A stretch of 32,000 nucleotides of DNA from Desulfotalea psychrophila LSv54 (GCF_000025945.1 NC_006138.1:2610001-2642000); one strand, 5' to 3'; shown: positions 1-9,372, numbered from the stretch's first letter. Notes: generated by a model not told the origin, from the sequence alone. Made by a program: numbers and translations.

Positions 1-487
1 GAATCATGAGGTCTAAGCCATGCTCTCTTATGAACTCTTCGGACTCAATGATAGCATACTGATCCCGCTCCTCCGCCCTGATATCCTCTATGGCCATGCC
101 AATATCTGCCACAGCCATCCGTGTTACCTCGGGAAACCTCTCATTAATATATTGGTGACACTGACGGAAAACTGAATCAGTACTGATGATGATCTTAATC
201 TGGCCAGGTGTTTTGCTAAGGCGCCCAAGGGAGAGATTGATAGGAAGAATAATATTATCGATCCAAGACCCACAGCCCATTTTTTCAACGAGGTGCCTAT
301 TTTTCTTTATCTCTCCTTCCCGGGTATTATAGACAGGAAGAACAATATAGTCGGCATCGCCATTAACAAAGGCCTGCTGAAGAGCCGTTACCTGTTGATA
401 TTCTACTATCCGGGCGCTAGGAGAGTAGAGACTGGCAGCTCGATGGCTGTTGGAAAATATTGGACCGAGGATTGCAATAACAGGCAT
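1..487 (-). CDS. prephenate dehydratase-like protein (N-terminal part; gene continues beyond the window start)
   Basis: Absent from the ORF track because it is open at the window edge. My own reverse-strand translation starts at the ATG that is the complement of 485-487. It gives MPVIAILGPIFSNSHRAA...GDADYIVLPVYNTREGEI...SVFRQCHQYI..., which follows the PDT-domain layout (GPxGxxSH near the N-terminus, hPxENSxxG-like segment, SHPQAxxQC-like segment). Confidence 0.55.
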   Translation of the reverse strand, partial: MPVIAILGPIFSNSHRAASLYSPSARIVEYQQVTALQQAFVNGDADYIVLPVYNTREGEIKKNRHLVEKMGCGSWIDNIILPINLSLGRLSKTPGQIKIIISTDSVFRQCHQYINERFPEVTRMAVADIGMAIEDIRAEERDQYAIIESEEFIREHGLDLMI

Positions 488-780
488 AATCTATCTCTTA
501 CGTTTTTTGTTTGAGCAAGGGGTGAAAACAACAGCGTCAAGATAATCTTTCTCTCCTCTATGCTAGCCTCTAGCATAAAAAGAGATATTTAGACTAGCCC
601 TTCTCCCCGGCTAAAGCAACCATTTAGAAATTTGCCCCCAGGCCATAGCCTATCCCATACACGCCCTCCCCTCTCTTAGGATAGCGCCAAGCCCCCAAGG
701 CTGCATTGAAATTCAGTCCTCAACCGATAACTATTTAAGATAAATGGGCAAACAGCCCTAGACCTGAGTCACCAACAAAA

Positions 781-822
781 AACAAAAAAAAACGCCCTCT
801 GTTCTTTAGAACAGGGGGCGTT
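781..822 (-). terminator. Rho-independent terminator downstream of the SH3b gene
   Basis: A 13-bp GC-rich stem (792-804, acgccctctgttc) pairs with 809-821 (gaacagggggcgt) around a 4-nt loop. On the minus strand it is followed by a T-run (complement of 781-791). It lies 27 bp after the stop at 849. Confidence 0.8.
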
Positions 823-848
823 TCATAACTAGTGAGACAGGGCTGCGA

Positions 849-1319
849 CTATTTTTGAGGCCAAAGAAGGGTCTTATATATCCAACCAACTGATCCCTGA
901 CTATGTTTAACCTTAACCCAACCATCTTTGACTGTAATTCTGGTCAGGACAACACCACGCTCAACTTCGGCAATAACGGGACTGTTCTTACCGGGACCTG
1001 ATCGCATATTGCCAGTTTTTTTAACATTAACAATAACGGTATCATTTTTTCTTACCAGAGGGGCATAAACCCAACCCCGGTCTTTTTCGTAGTCAACAAC
1101 CTCATACCAATCATTTTTTTTATTTACAACCCGCAGAGGCCACCCCTCAAAAAGCTCCATAACAATCTCTTCTTTGGTAGTAGGACCCTTACGGATGTTA
1201 ACCCCATCCTTGGCAATTGTCACAAATTGAGCAGCCTGACAGGAAAGAGAGAACAACAGAAAAAATAGTGCTAACGACAGGATAACAGTACGTTTAGTTT
1301 TAGCTATTGGTCTAGACAT
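849..1319 (-). CDS. secreted SH3b (bacterial SH3) domain protein, two tandem SH3-like repeats
   Basis: 156-aa ORF with an N-terminal signal peptide (LSLALFFLLFSLSCQA/AQ). It has two repeats of the pattern 'VNIRKGPTT...W..V......GWV' and 'GNMRSGPGK...GWVKV..S.GSVGWI', typical of SH3_3 domains. Confidence 0.75.
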   Translation of the reverse strand: MSRPIAKTKRTVILSLALFFLLFSLSCQAAQFVTIAKDGVNIRKGPTTKEEIVMELFEGWPLRVVNKKNDWYEVVDYEKDRGWVYAPLVRKNDTVIVNVKKTGNMRSGPGKNSPVIAEVERGVVLTRITVKDGWVKVKHSQGSVGWIYKTLLWPQK

Positions 1320-1667
1320 ATTTTTTATTTTGTAATAGTAAAATTATTGCTATAAAAGTTGATTGCCATACCATAAAATTGACGATTAAGCATCATATTC
1401 TATTGCAAAGCAACATTCTCTAAGGCCTTGAAACTATAAAAGCTATAGCATTTCTATGACAATAAGTCAAATAGCTCTGTTTTCGACAAATAATCACCCC
1501 GGAATCTCCTCAGCGGACAGTCCACCCCTCTCTTAGCACATGCCAATGAGCTAAGGCATAGGAGAGAAACCATCTACTAAGCCATAAAGACCTCTTACAG
1601 CCTAGCAAAAAAGAAAGGTACTTGTCAAACGGGGAGGAGCACAATCTCTAAAACGGCGCAAGTGACA

Positions 1668-2600
1668 CTATTCAGCAGATGGTGGAGCAACTGACAGTCG
1701 CCTCTCACCAGGGGCAACCCGAACAGTGCTACCCAGCAAAAGGGGGTGATTATCCATGATATGTCCCGAACGAATACCTGCCAGAACAGGGATATTACGC
1801 TTGCCAACAATTTCCAGCAGCCGAGACCATACCATCTCCCTATGGCGCATTTTCTCCATTGAAGACTCATGTCCACTTACAGAAAAATCACCGAGGAGAA
1901 TCCCGGCAACATCTTTGAATTTGCCTGCATAGGCAAGTTGGGTCAACATTCTATCAATCCGATAAATGGGCTCACCCACGTCCTCTAAAAAGACAAACTT
2001 ATCTTTCCAGCTTATGTCAAAGGGAGTGCCCAGGACAGTGCTTAGGGAGGTGAGATTGCCGCCGACAAGTGTACCCGTACCGCCTGCCTCCCCGTGCAGT
2101 AGTTCCAGGTCACGCTCACAGAGCATCTGCTGAAGATCTCCCGTGAGCATTGCCTGAAGAGCTCGCACGGAGCTGCGAGATGCAGTTGCCAGAGAGGTGA
2201 CAACGGGTCCATGAATTGCTGGCAGACCGATCCTGTCGAGGAGGTAGTTTTGCAGAAGACTGATGTCTGAAAAGCCTAAAAGATATTTGGGTGTTTTCTT
2301 TATCTCTTTCAGCTCAAGAAATTCGAGCATGCGAAGTACGCCATAGCCACCCCGCATACAGATAAGCGCCTGCACCTCTTCATCTGCCCACATCTTATGA
2401 AATTCCAGGGCTCGATTCTCGTCGGTATCTGCCAGGTAATCACTACCGGGCCAGAGCTTACGAGGGAAACGGAGACGATAACCAAATCCTTCGAGTATAT
2501 GCAGCCCCTTGTAAAAGGCATCGCTGTTGCTAAGCCGGCCAGAGGGAGCAATGACACCAATGGTATCGCCTGGTTCCAGTGCTTTTGGTTGAAGAAACAT
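1668..2600 (-). CDS. ldcA: LD-carboxypeptidase (peptidase S66, muramoyltetrapeptide carboxypeptidase type)
   Basis: ORF 1668..2657. Motifs GDTIGVIAPSG, GFSDIS (nucleophile Ser) and the C-terminal GH..DN.PL.LG are S66 hallmarks. I place the start at the internal ATG (complement of 2598-2600, MFLQPKALEPGD...), which avoids a 47-nt overlap with coaX. 2657 and 2633 remain alternative starts. Confidence 0.8.
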   Translation of the reverse strand: MFLQPKALEPGDTIGVIAPSGRLSNSDAFYKGLHILEGFGYRLRFPRKLWPGSDYLADTDENRALEFHKMWADEEVQALICMRGGYGVLRMLEFLELKEIKKTPKYLLGFSDISLLQNYLLDRIGLPAIHGPVVTSLATASRSSVRALQAMLTGDLQQMLCERDLELLHGEAGGTGTLVGGNLTSLSTVLGTPFDISWKDKFVFLEDVGEPIYRIDRMLTQLAYAGKFKDVAGILLGDFSVSGHESSMEKMRHREMVWSRLLEIVGKRNIPVLAGIRSGHIMDNHPLLLGSTVRVAPGERRLSVAPPSAE

Positions 2601-2610
2601 TTTGTCCTGT

Positions 2611-3411
2611 TTATTGTTTTTTCTTGAGGGCATGAAGAATAAGCTCCATGGCATCAAGGGTCAGAAGCTTATCTATATGTTCAATTGTGGTGGTAAAGGG
2701 TTCAATAAGATTTGCCATGCCGCCGGTGGCAATGACCTCTGCCCGGCGCTTTCCACCAAGCATCTCCTTCTGAATACCTTCAACAATACCGTCAACCATT
2801 GCCCCATAACCATAGAGAATTCCGCTTTGCATAGCATGAACGGTGTTCTTGCCTATAAGAGAGGAAGGAACGTCGCGCACATCAACCATGGGTAGTTTTG
2901 CCGTTCTTGTGGCCAAGGCATCAAGGGAAATGGCAATGCCAGGAAGAATAACCCCGCCAATATAGACACAATCCGAGGTAACACAGTCAAAGGTGATTGC
3001 AGTGCCAAAATCAATGACAATAAGATCCGTTTTCCTTGTATGCCAGGCACCATAGGCATTAACAAGACGATCAATACCCACCTCATGTGGATTGTCTGTC
3101 TCCACCCGAACCAAGGGGGCAAGTTTTGTCACAGAGAGATCCATTACAGGTTGGTTCAAGTGCTTGCCAAAATGCCTCTCGCAGCAACGAATCCAGGCTG
3201 AAGAGAGGGTGGGTACCACACTTGCCAGAACTATATCTGTGATTTGCCGGGGATCGATGCCCTCCATAATAAATAGGCCATGATAACGAATAGCAAGTTC
3301 ATCAGAAGTTCTGTCCCTGTCCGTTTTCAATCGCCAATGACCAATTAATTTTCCATGGTCGTATAATCCTGTTACTGTATGTGAGTTACCAACATCTATA
3401 ACTAAAATCAT
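2611..3411 (-). CDS. coaX: type III pantothenate kinase
   Basis: ORF 2611..3519. The family-typical N-terminus MILVIDVGNSHTVTGLY begins at the ATG that is the complement of 3409-3411. Other family motifs present are DRLVNA, VIDFGTAITFD and GGVILPG, plus the C-terminal ATGG. Confidence 0.88.
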   Translation of the reverse strand: MILVIDVGNSHTVTGLYDHGKLIGHWRLKTDRDRTSDELAIRYHGLFIMEGIDPRQITDIVLASVVPTLSSAWIRCCERHFGKHLNQPVMDLSVTKLAPLVRVETDNPHEVGIDRLVNAYGAWHTRKTDLIVIDFGTAITFDCVTSDCVYIGGVILPGIAISLDALATRTAKLPMVDVRDVPSSLIGKNTVHAMQSGILYGYGAMVDGIVEGIQKEMLGGKRRAEVIATGGMANLIEPFTTTIEHIDKLLTLDAMELILHALKKKQ

Positions 3412-3920
3412 AAAAAATCCTTCAAAACAAAAAGCTGTCTCCAGGGGAGACGGATAAATAATTACGTGAACAGCTACCAACAGCGTTTTATGTAGATCTT
3501 CTCTTTGCAAACGGAACACGACTGGCGTATAACGTGCATGCTACTTTTTTGCCATACTGATCACGATATGTAAAGCTACTATCCTGTAGAGGACGCGCTA
3601 ACATAGTATAGTATTTTAAAAATGGAAATAGAGGATAGGACAAAAAAGGGTTATTATCATGAGCGAAAGACCGGAGCAGAACAGAAAAAAAGAGTCCACG
3701 CCTGATTTGTTATTAAAAACGCCTTAAAATTACAGCAAACCTTGACGCTGTCCAAAAAAAATCCCGCTCAGACAAGGCCTACTATGGGAAAAGCAATAAA
3801 ACCGATGAGCAAGATCATAGGGTGGTTGAAGATCTGCAAGAAAAGATGCATCATAATGATATATCCAAGAGAGTTGCTTTTAACACTAATAATATTCTGA
3901 TTAAGTAAGCGAGGTCTGTG

Positions 3921-4133
3921 ATGCCTGAAGATAAACCTGTACAAAAAAAAAGCTGGAGGCAGCGGAAGATCGGTGAGTACCAATGTCACTGCTGTAAAGA
4001 AAAGAAACCATTTTGCTGGAGCTGTCCCTGTGGCTTTCAAATTTGCCCGGAATGCTTTGAGGAAAACAAGTGGGGTATGAGCAATGGCCCGACATGGATC
4101 TGCCCGGACTGTGAAAGAATTCGAATGATGTAG
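3921..4133 (+). CDS. small Cys-rich (10 Cys) putative zinc-binding protein, 70 aa
   Basis: ORF 3918..4133. The ATG at 3921 is preceded by gcgagg 6 nt upstream. The Cys pattern is CHCC-x6-CWSCPC-x4-CPEC-x16-CPDC. It sits 98 bp upstream of, and co-directional with, the topoisomerase B-subunit gene. The competing antisense ORF 3768..4217 has no protein-like features. Confidence 0.5.
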   Translation: MPEDKPVQKKSWRQRKIGEYQCHCCKEKKPFCWSCPCGFQICPECFEENKWGMSNGPTWICPDCERIRMM

Positions 4134-4231
4134 AAGCAAAACGGTAGCCAGTGGTTGCGGATTTTTGCTAAATATAATACAATGCCTATCCCGATCGATT
4201 CCCCCATAAAACCTCATGTACTTTATAAACT

Positions 4232-6073
4232 ATGACATCAACACCTTCTAATTACGACGAAAGCAAGATCAAAACACTCAGCTCACTGGAGCATATCAGG
4301 AAGCGCCCTGGGATGTATATTGGCCGCCTTGGTAATGGCTCTCACCAGGACGATGGTATCTATATTCTCCTCAAGGAGGTAGTGGATAACGCTGTTGATG
4401 AGTTCATCATGGGTGCCGGTAAAAAAATTGATGTTGCAGTGAGCGAAGAGGGCCGGGTCCGGGTACGTGATTATGGTCGTGGAATTCCACTTGGTAAACT
4501 TGTAGACTGTGTTTCTGTCATCAATACGGGAGCTAAGTATAATACCGATGTTTTTCAATTTTCAGTAGGTCTCAATGGAGTTGGAACCAAGGCCGTCAAT
4601 GCCCTCTCCGATGAGTTCACCGTAACAGCCTACCGTGATGGCAAGTATGCTTCGGCAACCTTTAGCCAGGGAAAGTTACAGCATAAGGAAGAGGGGGAAA
4701 GCGAGGAGAAGAATGGCACTCTGATTAATTTCTTACCTTCAAGAGATATGTTTCCTGAATTTTCCTATGACTCAGACTTTGTCTCTAGAAGAATGTGGCG
4801 CTATGCCTATCTTAATGCCGGCCTAAAGCTCTATTTTAATAAGTCTCTTTTTTATTCCAAAGAGGGCCTACGGGATCTGCTGGCCAAGGAGCTCAGTGAC
4901 TCCAACCTCTATGAGCCGATCTATTATAAGGATGAGACCCTCGAATTTGCCTTTGCCCATACAGATTCTTTTAACGATAGTTACTATACCTTTGTTAACG
5001 GCACCTATACCAGTGAGGGTGGCACCCATCTCTCTGCCTTTCGCGAGGGTGTACTGAAGGGAGTCAATGAGTTTTCCGGCAAGAAATTCGTTAATACCGA
5101 TGTGCGCGATGGCATTGTCGGCACCCTGGCTGTCAAGGTAAAAGAGCCTGTTTTCGAGTCTCAAACCAAGAACAAACTGGGCAATACCGAGGTCCGCTCC
5201 TGGATCGTAAATAAGGTGCGCGAGGCTGTCTCCAGTGAACTCTATAAACATAGTGACACCGCTGAGATTCTCCTCGATAAAATTCAGCGCAATGAAAAGG
5301 TGCGTAAAGAGCTGCAGAGCGTCCGTAAGGAGGCAAAGGCCCGGGCTAAAAAAGTCTCCCTGAAGATCCCCCAACTTAAGGACTGTAAATACCATCCCGC
5401 CAAAAATGCCCCCTCAGCGGCGGGCAGGGAGAATATGGTCTTTATCACCGAGGGACAATCAGCGGCAGGCTCCATTGTCTCCTCCCGTGACCCCCTGATA
5501 CAGGCAGTATTTTCCATGAAAGGTAAGCCCCTTAACGTCCTGGGACATCAGCTGGCAACGCTCTATAAAAATGAAGAGATGTATGCGCTTATGCGTACCC
5601 TCAATATAGAGCACTCCATCAGTGACCTGCGTTTTGACAAGGTAATTATGGCAACGGATGCCGACGTCGATGGTCTGCATATTCGAAATCTACTCCTGAC
5701 CTTTTTTCTCCATTACTTTGAGCCACTGGTTAAATTGGGCCATGTGTATATTCTTGAGACCCCCATTTTCCGAGTACGGAATAAGGCTGAGACCATCTAC
5801 TGCTATTCGGAAAAAGAAAAAAATGCCGCCCAAAAAAAATTGGGCGGTCAGGGGAAGAAAAAACTCAATGTGGAGATGACCCGCTTTAAGGGACTTGGTG
5901 AGATTTCCCCCAAGGAGTTCAAACAGTTCATCGGTGATGATATTCGCCTGAAGAGTGTGACCTTGGACTCTATCAGTGAGGTTGCCAAGGTTCTCTCCTT
6001 TTATATGGGCAAGAATACCCCGGAGAGAAAGCAGTATATCATGGACAATCTGGTGGTAGATCCGGAGCAGTAG
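4232..6073 (+). CDS. parE: type IIA DNA topoisomerase subunit B, ParE-like (613 aa)
   Basis: GHKL ATPase N-terminus (LEHIRKRPGMYIG, EVVDNAVDE, GLNGVG). TOPRIM motif FITEGQSAAGS, then PLxGKxLNV-like MKGKPLNV, DADVDGLHI, and KGLGE near the C-terminus. The length matches ParE rather than long GyrB. Confidence 0.9.
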   Translation: MTSTPSNYDESKIKTLSSLEHIRKRPGMYIGRLGNGSHQDDGIYILLKEVVDNAVDEFIMGAGKKIDVAVSEEGRVRVRDYGRGIPLGKLVDCVSVINTGAKYNTDVFQFSVGLNGVGTKAVNALSDEFTVTAYRDGKYASATFSQGKLQHKEEGESEEKNGTLINFLPSRDMFPEFSYDSDFVSRRMWRYAYLNAGLKLYFNKSLFYSKEGLRDLLAKELSDSNLYEPIYYKDETLEFAFAHTDSFNDSYYTFVNGTYTSEGGTHLSAFREGVLKGVNEFSGKKFVNTDVRDGIVGTLAVKVKEPVFESQTKNKLGNTEVRSWIVNKVREAVSSELYKHSDTAEILLDKIQRNEKVRKELQSVRKEAKARAKKVSLKIPQLKDCKYHPAKNAPSAAGRENMVFITEGQSAAGSIVSSRDPLIQAVFSMKGKPLNVLGHQLATLYKNEEMYALMRTLNIEHSISDLRFDKVIMATDADVDGLHIRNLLLTFFLHYFEPLVKLGHVYILETPIFRVRNKAETIYCYSEKEKNAAQKKLGGQGKKKLNVEMTRFKGLGEISPKEFKQFIGDDIRLKSVTLDSISEVAKVLSFYMGKNTPERKQYIMDNLVVDPEQ

Positions 6074-6144
6074 GCCATTAAAAAAACAGGTGAACCCGGA
6101 AGAGGGTTCATCATTATGAGAAAATTCAGTAAAAGATAGATAAT

Positions 6145-8136
6145 ATGGATAACGTGCCGGGCAAGTTGCACCAACTATTTGAATATAATTTTCTTGAATA
6201 TACATCCTATGTTATTCGAGAACGTGCCATTCCTGCCATAGATGATGGGTTAAAACCCGTACAGAGACGGATCTTACAGACCCTCTTCAACATGGAGGAC
6301 GGCAGGTTTCACAAGGTCGCCAACCTTGTCGGAGAGACAATGAAGCTGCATCCCCACGGTGATGCCTCTATCTTTTCCGCTCTGGTAAATCTTGCCAACA
6401 AGGGTTTTCTCATTGAGCGACAGGGAAATTTCGGCAACATCTTCACAGGCGATTCTGCATCCGCTCCTCGTTATATCGAGTGTCGGCTCTCACCTCTTGC
6501 CAAAGAGGTGCTCTTCAACAAAGACATTACAGAGTTCATTGACTCCTATGATGGTCGTATGGTTGAGCCGGTAACCCTGCCCGCCAAGCTCCCTCTTCTC
6601 CTCCTCCAGGGTGCTGAGGGTATTGCCGTTGGCATGGCCACCAAGATCATGCCCCATAATTTTTGTGAGCTTCTTCAGGCCCAAAAGGCTGTTTTACTAG
6701 ATGAAGAGTTTACCCTCTATCCAGATTTCCCTCAGGGAGGCCTGGTGGATGTCAGCGGCTACGAAGATGGTAATGGCAAGATCAAATGCCGGGCACGCAT
6801 CCGTGAGCTTAATGAAAAGACCATCATCATTGATGAGATCCCCTATAGCACCACCACCCAGTCCCTCACCGACTCCATTGAAAAAGCGGCTAAGGCAGGG
6901 AAAATAAAAATTATCTCAATCAATGACTATACCGCCGAAAAGGTGGAGATAGAGATCAAGGTGGCCCGAGGAATTTATGCCAAGGACACCATAAAGGCCC
7001 TCTATGCCTTTACCGACTGCGAAGTACCTATTTCGCCTAATCTCACCCTGATTAAAGGCAAAACCCCTGCCACTAGCAGTGTCCGTGAGGTCATCGAGTA
7101 TAATACCCTTAAACTCAAGGCTGATTTAACAAAAGAGCTGGAGATCAATCTGGCCCGCCTTGAAGAAAAACTCCATGCCCGTCTTCTTGAACAGATCTTC
7201 ATAGAGCAGAGACTTTATAAGAACATTGAAGAGGAGACCAGCTATGAATCGATCATGGCCAGTGTTGACACAGCCCTGATTCCCTTCCGTTCAGAACTTT
7301 TCCGCGATGTAACGGAGGAGGATGTTACCAGGCTACTGGAGATACGCATCAAACGAATATCCCGTTTTGACATTAACAAACAGGACAAAGAAATTCGGGC
7401 CATCCGCAAGGATATTAAGGCAATTAAGATCTCTCTTAAGGATATGGTTGCCTTTACCATTGCAAGTATCGATAAGTTGCTCGCTAAGTATGGGGAAAAT
7501 TATCCGAGAAAGACAGAGATTAAACAGTTCAGCGAGGTTGTGGTACGCAAAATTGCCCTCTCTAATCTGACCGTTGGCTATAGTAGGGAAACGGGTTTTC
7601 TCGGTCATAGTGTCAAGGGTGAAGAGGAGGAGGACTTTTCTGTCACCTGTTCCGAATACGATAGGCTCTTTCTTATTTACTCAGACGGTCGTTATAAGGT
7701 TATTCCTGTGACCGATAAGGTCTTTGCCGGCACAGATCTTAAATATATTGGCATTGTTCCAAGCGAACAGGTCTTTAATATTGTCTACCGTGACGGCAAT
7801 GAAAATTTTGCCTATGTGAAACGTTTTAATACCCCTAAGTTCATCCTCGAAAAAGAGTATCACCTCTTCCCCGAGCATAAACGATCAAAAATTCTCCTGA
7901 TGAGTTTTGGTGAAGAAAAATACGCTCGGGTAAACGTGATGCCATCCGCTCGAGCCAAGACCAATACCTTTCATGTTGCCTTTGATGACTATCTAGTTAA
8001 AGGGGCCAGCGCTAAGGGGAAACGAGTTTCTCCTCGTGTTGTCCGCAGGGTTTTAACTGCAGGCCCGCCGACTGAGCCTAAAAAAACTACACAGAACCTC
8101 TCTCTGCTCACCGATGTGGAGAAGAGAGAAGAGTAA
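6145..8136 (+). CDS. parC: type IIA DNA topoisomerase subunit A, ParC-like, short form (663 aa)
   Basis: Motifs RAIPAIDDGLKPVQRRIL and HPHGD, and an active-site Tyr context SAPRYIECRLS. It lies immediately downstream of the B subunit. The C-terminal region after the breakage-reunion domain is only ~180 aa. Confidence 0.88.
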   Translation: MDNVPGKLHQLFEYNFLEYTSYVIRERAIPAIDDGLKPVQRRILQTLFNMEDGRFHKVANLVGETMKLHPHGDASIFSALVNLANKGFLIERQGNFGNIFTGDSASAPRYIECRLSPLAKEVLFNKDITEFIDSYDGRMVEPVTLPAKLPLLLLQGAEGIAVGMATKIMPHNFCELLQAQKAVLLDEEFTLYPDFPQGGLVDVSGYEDGNGKIKCRARIRELNEKTIIIDEIPYSTTTQSLTDSIEKAAKAGKIKIISINDYTAEKVEIEIKVARGIYAKDTIKALYAFTDCEVPISPNLTLIKGKTPATSSVREVIEYNTLKLKADLTKELEINLARLEEKLHARLLEQIFIEQRLYKNIEEETSYESIMASVDTALIPFRSELFRDVTEEDVTRLLEIRIKRISRFDINKQDKEIRAIRKDIKAIKISLKDMVAFTIASIDKLLAKYGENYPRKTEIKQFSEVVVRKIALSNLTVGYSRETGFLGHSVKGEEEEDFSVTCSEYDRLFLIYSDGRYKVIPVTDKVFAGTDLKYIGIVPSEQVFNIVYRDGNENFAYVKRFNTPKFILEKEYHLFPEHKRSKILLMSFGEEKYARVNVMPSARAKTNTFHVAFDDYLVKGASAKGKRVSPRVVRRVLTAGPPTEPKKTTQNLSLLTDVEKREE

Positions 8137-8144
8137 ACGTTCAT

Positions 8145-8182
8145 AAAAAATCCCCTGGATCTTCATCCTGGGGATTTTTTTT
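8145..8182 (+). terminator. Rho-independent terminator after the topoisomerase operon
   Basis: Stem 8151-8160 (tcccctggat) pairs with 8165-8174 (atcctgggga) with one mismatch and loop cttc. It is followed by T8 (8175-8182) and starts 9 bp after the stop at 8136. Confidence 0.8.
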
Positions 8183-8199
8183 ACCTTTAACCAGTGACC

Positions 8200-8805
8200 A
8201 TGCCCCATAATATACAGTTTTATAACGACAATGCCCCTAAGCAGGCGGAGATCTATCAAAAGATTTCCGCTCAACAGGCAAACAGAGCCTGGCAGAAATA
8301 CTGGCCTAGCCGGGGAGAACGGGTTCTGGACGTCGGTGCCGGTTGTGGAAGGGATGCCCGCTGGTATGCTCTTGGTGGTTGCCCTGTTGTAGCCGTTGAA
8401 CCTGCAAAGAAGTTACTCGCTATAGGCAGTCTCTACACAAAAGGATTGGAGGTTGACTGGTTAGAGGATAGTCTGCCCGGTCTAAGCCGGTTAGATTCAA
8501 GGCTTCACTTTGACCTTATTGTCCTGGGAGCCGTATGGATGCATATTCCTCCGCAAGATCGGGCCAAGACATACCATCGCCTCACCTCCCTGCTGACCTG
8601 TACTGGACGAATAGTCATCACACTACGCCACGGGCCCTTTAACGACCAGCGGACAAGCCATGGTGTCTGTGCAAGCGAACTCATTCAATTAGGACAAGGC
8701 AAGGGTATGACCTGCCTGCATAAAACAGAGACGAGCGATCTTCTGGGCCGGGGAGAGGTAAAATGGCAAACCGTAGTACTTGGTTTTGCTAAGAACAACA
8801 CCTAA
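8200..8805 (+). CDS. class I SAM-dependent methyltransferase
   Basis: Motif I VLDVGAGCGRDA, followed by VVAVEP (acidic post-I residue). ORF track start 8194 is GTG. The ATG at 8200 is two codons in and I prefer it, with low certainty. Confidence 0.75.
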   Translation: MPHNIQFYNDNAPKQAEIYQKISAQQANRAWQKYWPSRGERVLDVGAGCGRDARWYALGGCPVVAVEPAKKLLAIGSLYTKGLEVDWLEDSLPGLSRLDSRLHFDLIVLGAVWMHIPPQDRAKTYHRLTSLLTCTGRIVITLRHGPFNDQRTSHGVCASELIQLGQGKGMTCLHKTETSDLLGRGEVKWQTVVLGFAKNNT

Positions 8806-8817
8806 CGCTGCTGGGAG

Positions 8818-9192
8818 TTAGTCCCAGAGCTCCTTAGGTTGGCCATAGAGCCGAACAAAATTTTCGTCGGACATGGTGAGCAAAATAACAAATTCCACCA
8901 ATCCAATAATGGCAGGGATAGCTGTCCAAAAAAAGAGTAGATATAAAAAGCCTAAACCCATCTGTCCCAAATAAAATTTATGGGCTCCGAAGCCACCAAG
9001 AATAAAGGCAAGGAGGGCGGCAACAATTCTATTTTTGCCATTTGGTGCCGTTATCCCGAAGGGATTGGGCGCTGGCATTTGCCGTACCCCGCAATAAGGA
9101 CATATCTCCGCATTAAGCTTGATAATTTCGCCGCAGTCACTGCAAAACTTTTCGTCTGTATTTTTTATTTTACAGCCCATGTTATTTTCCAT
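8818..9192 (-). CDS. zinc-ribbon plus TM2 domain membrane protein
   Basis: CSDCG-x11-CPYCG zinc ribbon, followed by the TM2 signature region AALLAFILGGFGAHKFYLGQ...GFLYLLFFWT.IP. The ATG that is the complement of 9190-9192 has gggaag upstream. The track start 9201 is GTG. Confidence 0.75.
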   Translation of the reverse strand: MENNMGCKIKNTDEKFCSDCGEIIKLNAEICPYCGVRQMPAPNPFGITAPNGKNRIVAALLAFILGGFGAHKFYLGQMGLGFLYLLFFWTAIPAIIGLVEFVILLTMSDENFVRLYGQPKELWD

Positions 9193-9372
9193 AAGCGTCA
9201 CTTCCCGTGTTTTATATATATGGTTGTTTTCTTGTCATTGCCTCTAATAAATATATGATACTGGGGATAAGAAAGACAAGTATTACCTTGAATTATTACT
9301 GAACTTTTATCAGATTTTCTGGCTGAAGAGACAAACTTTAATTCTCACCGAAAAAGCTCTGACACTTTGAAC

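Noticed and set aside
559-577. Perfect 8-bp inverted repeat tatgctag-cct-ctagcata upstream of the prephenate dehydratase-like gene
   Set aside because: There is no flanking T-run, so it is not a terminator, and no second half-site or known operator consensus. It could be a regulator site, but a single short palindrome in a 360-bp intergenic region is not enough evidence.
669-1540. Short shared words between intergenic regions: cccctctcttag at ~671-682 and ~1525-1536, and gcattgaaatt at ~702 and ~14774
   Set aside because: The matches are only 11-12 nt with no extended similarity around them, which is compatible with chance or biased intergenic composition.
3768-4217. 149-aa minus-strand ORF between coaX and parE
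   Set aside because: The sequence looks like antisense noise (His/Arg/Leu/Phe-rich with no domain pattern). It fully covers the plus-strand Cys-rich ORF, which has an RBS and a structured Cys pattern. It would also overlap the parE promoter region.
4868-6205. Minus-strand ORFs of 175 aa (4868..5395) and 171 aa (5690..6205)
   Set aside because: They are antisense to the parE/parC coding sequence, which carries unambiguous topoisomerase motifs. The ORFs have no motifs of their own.
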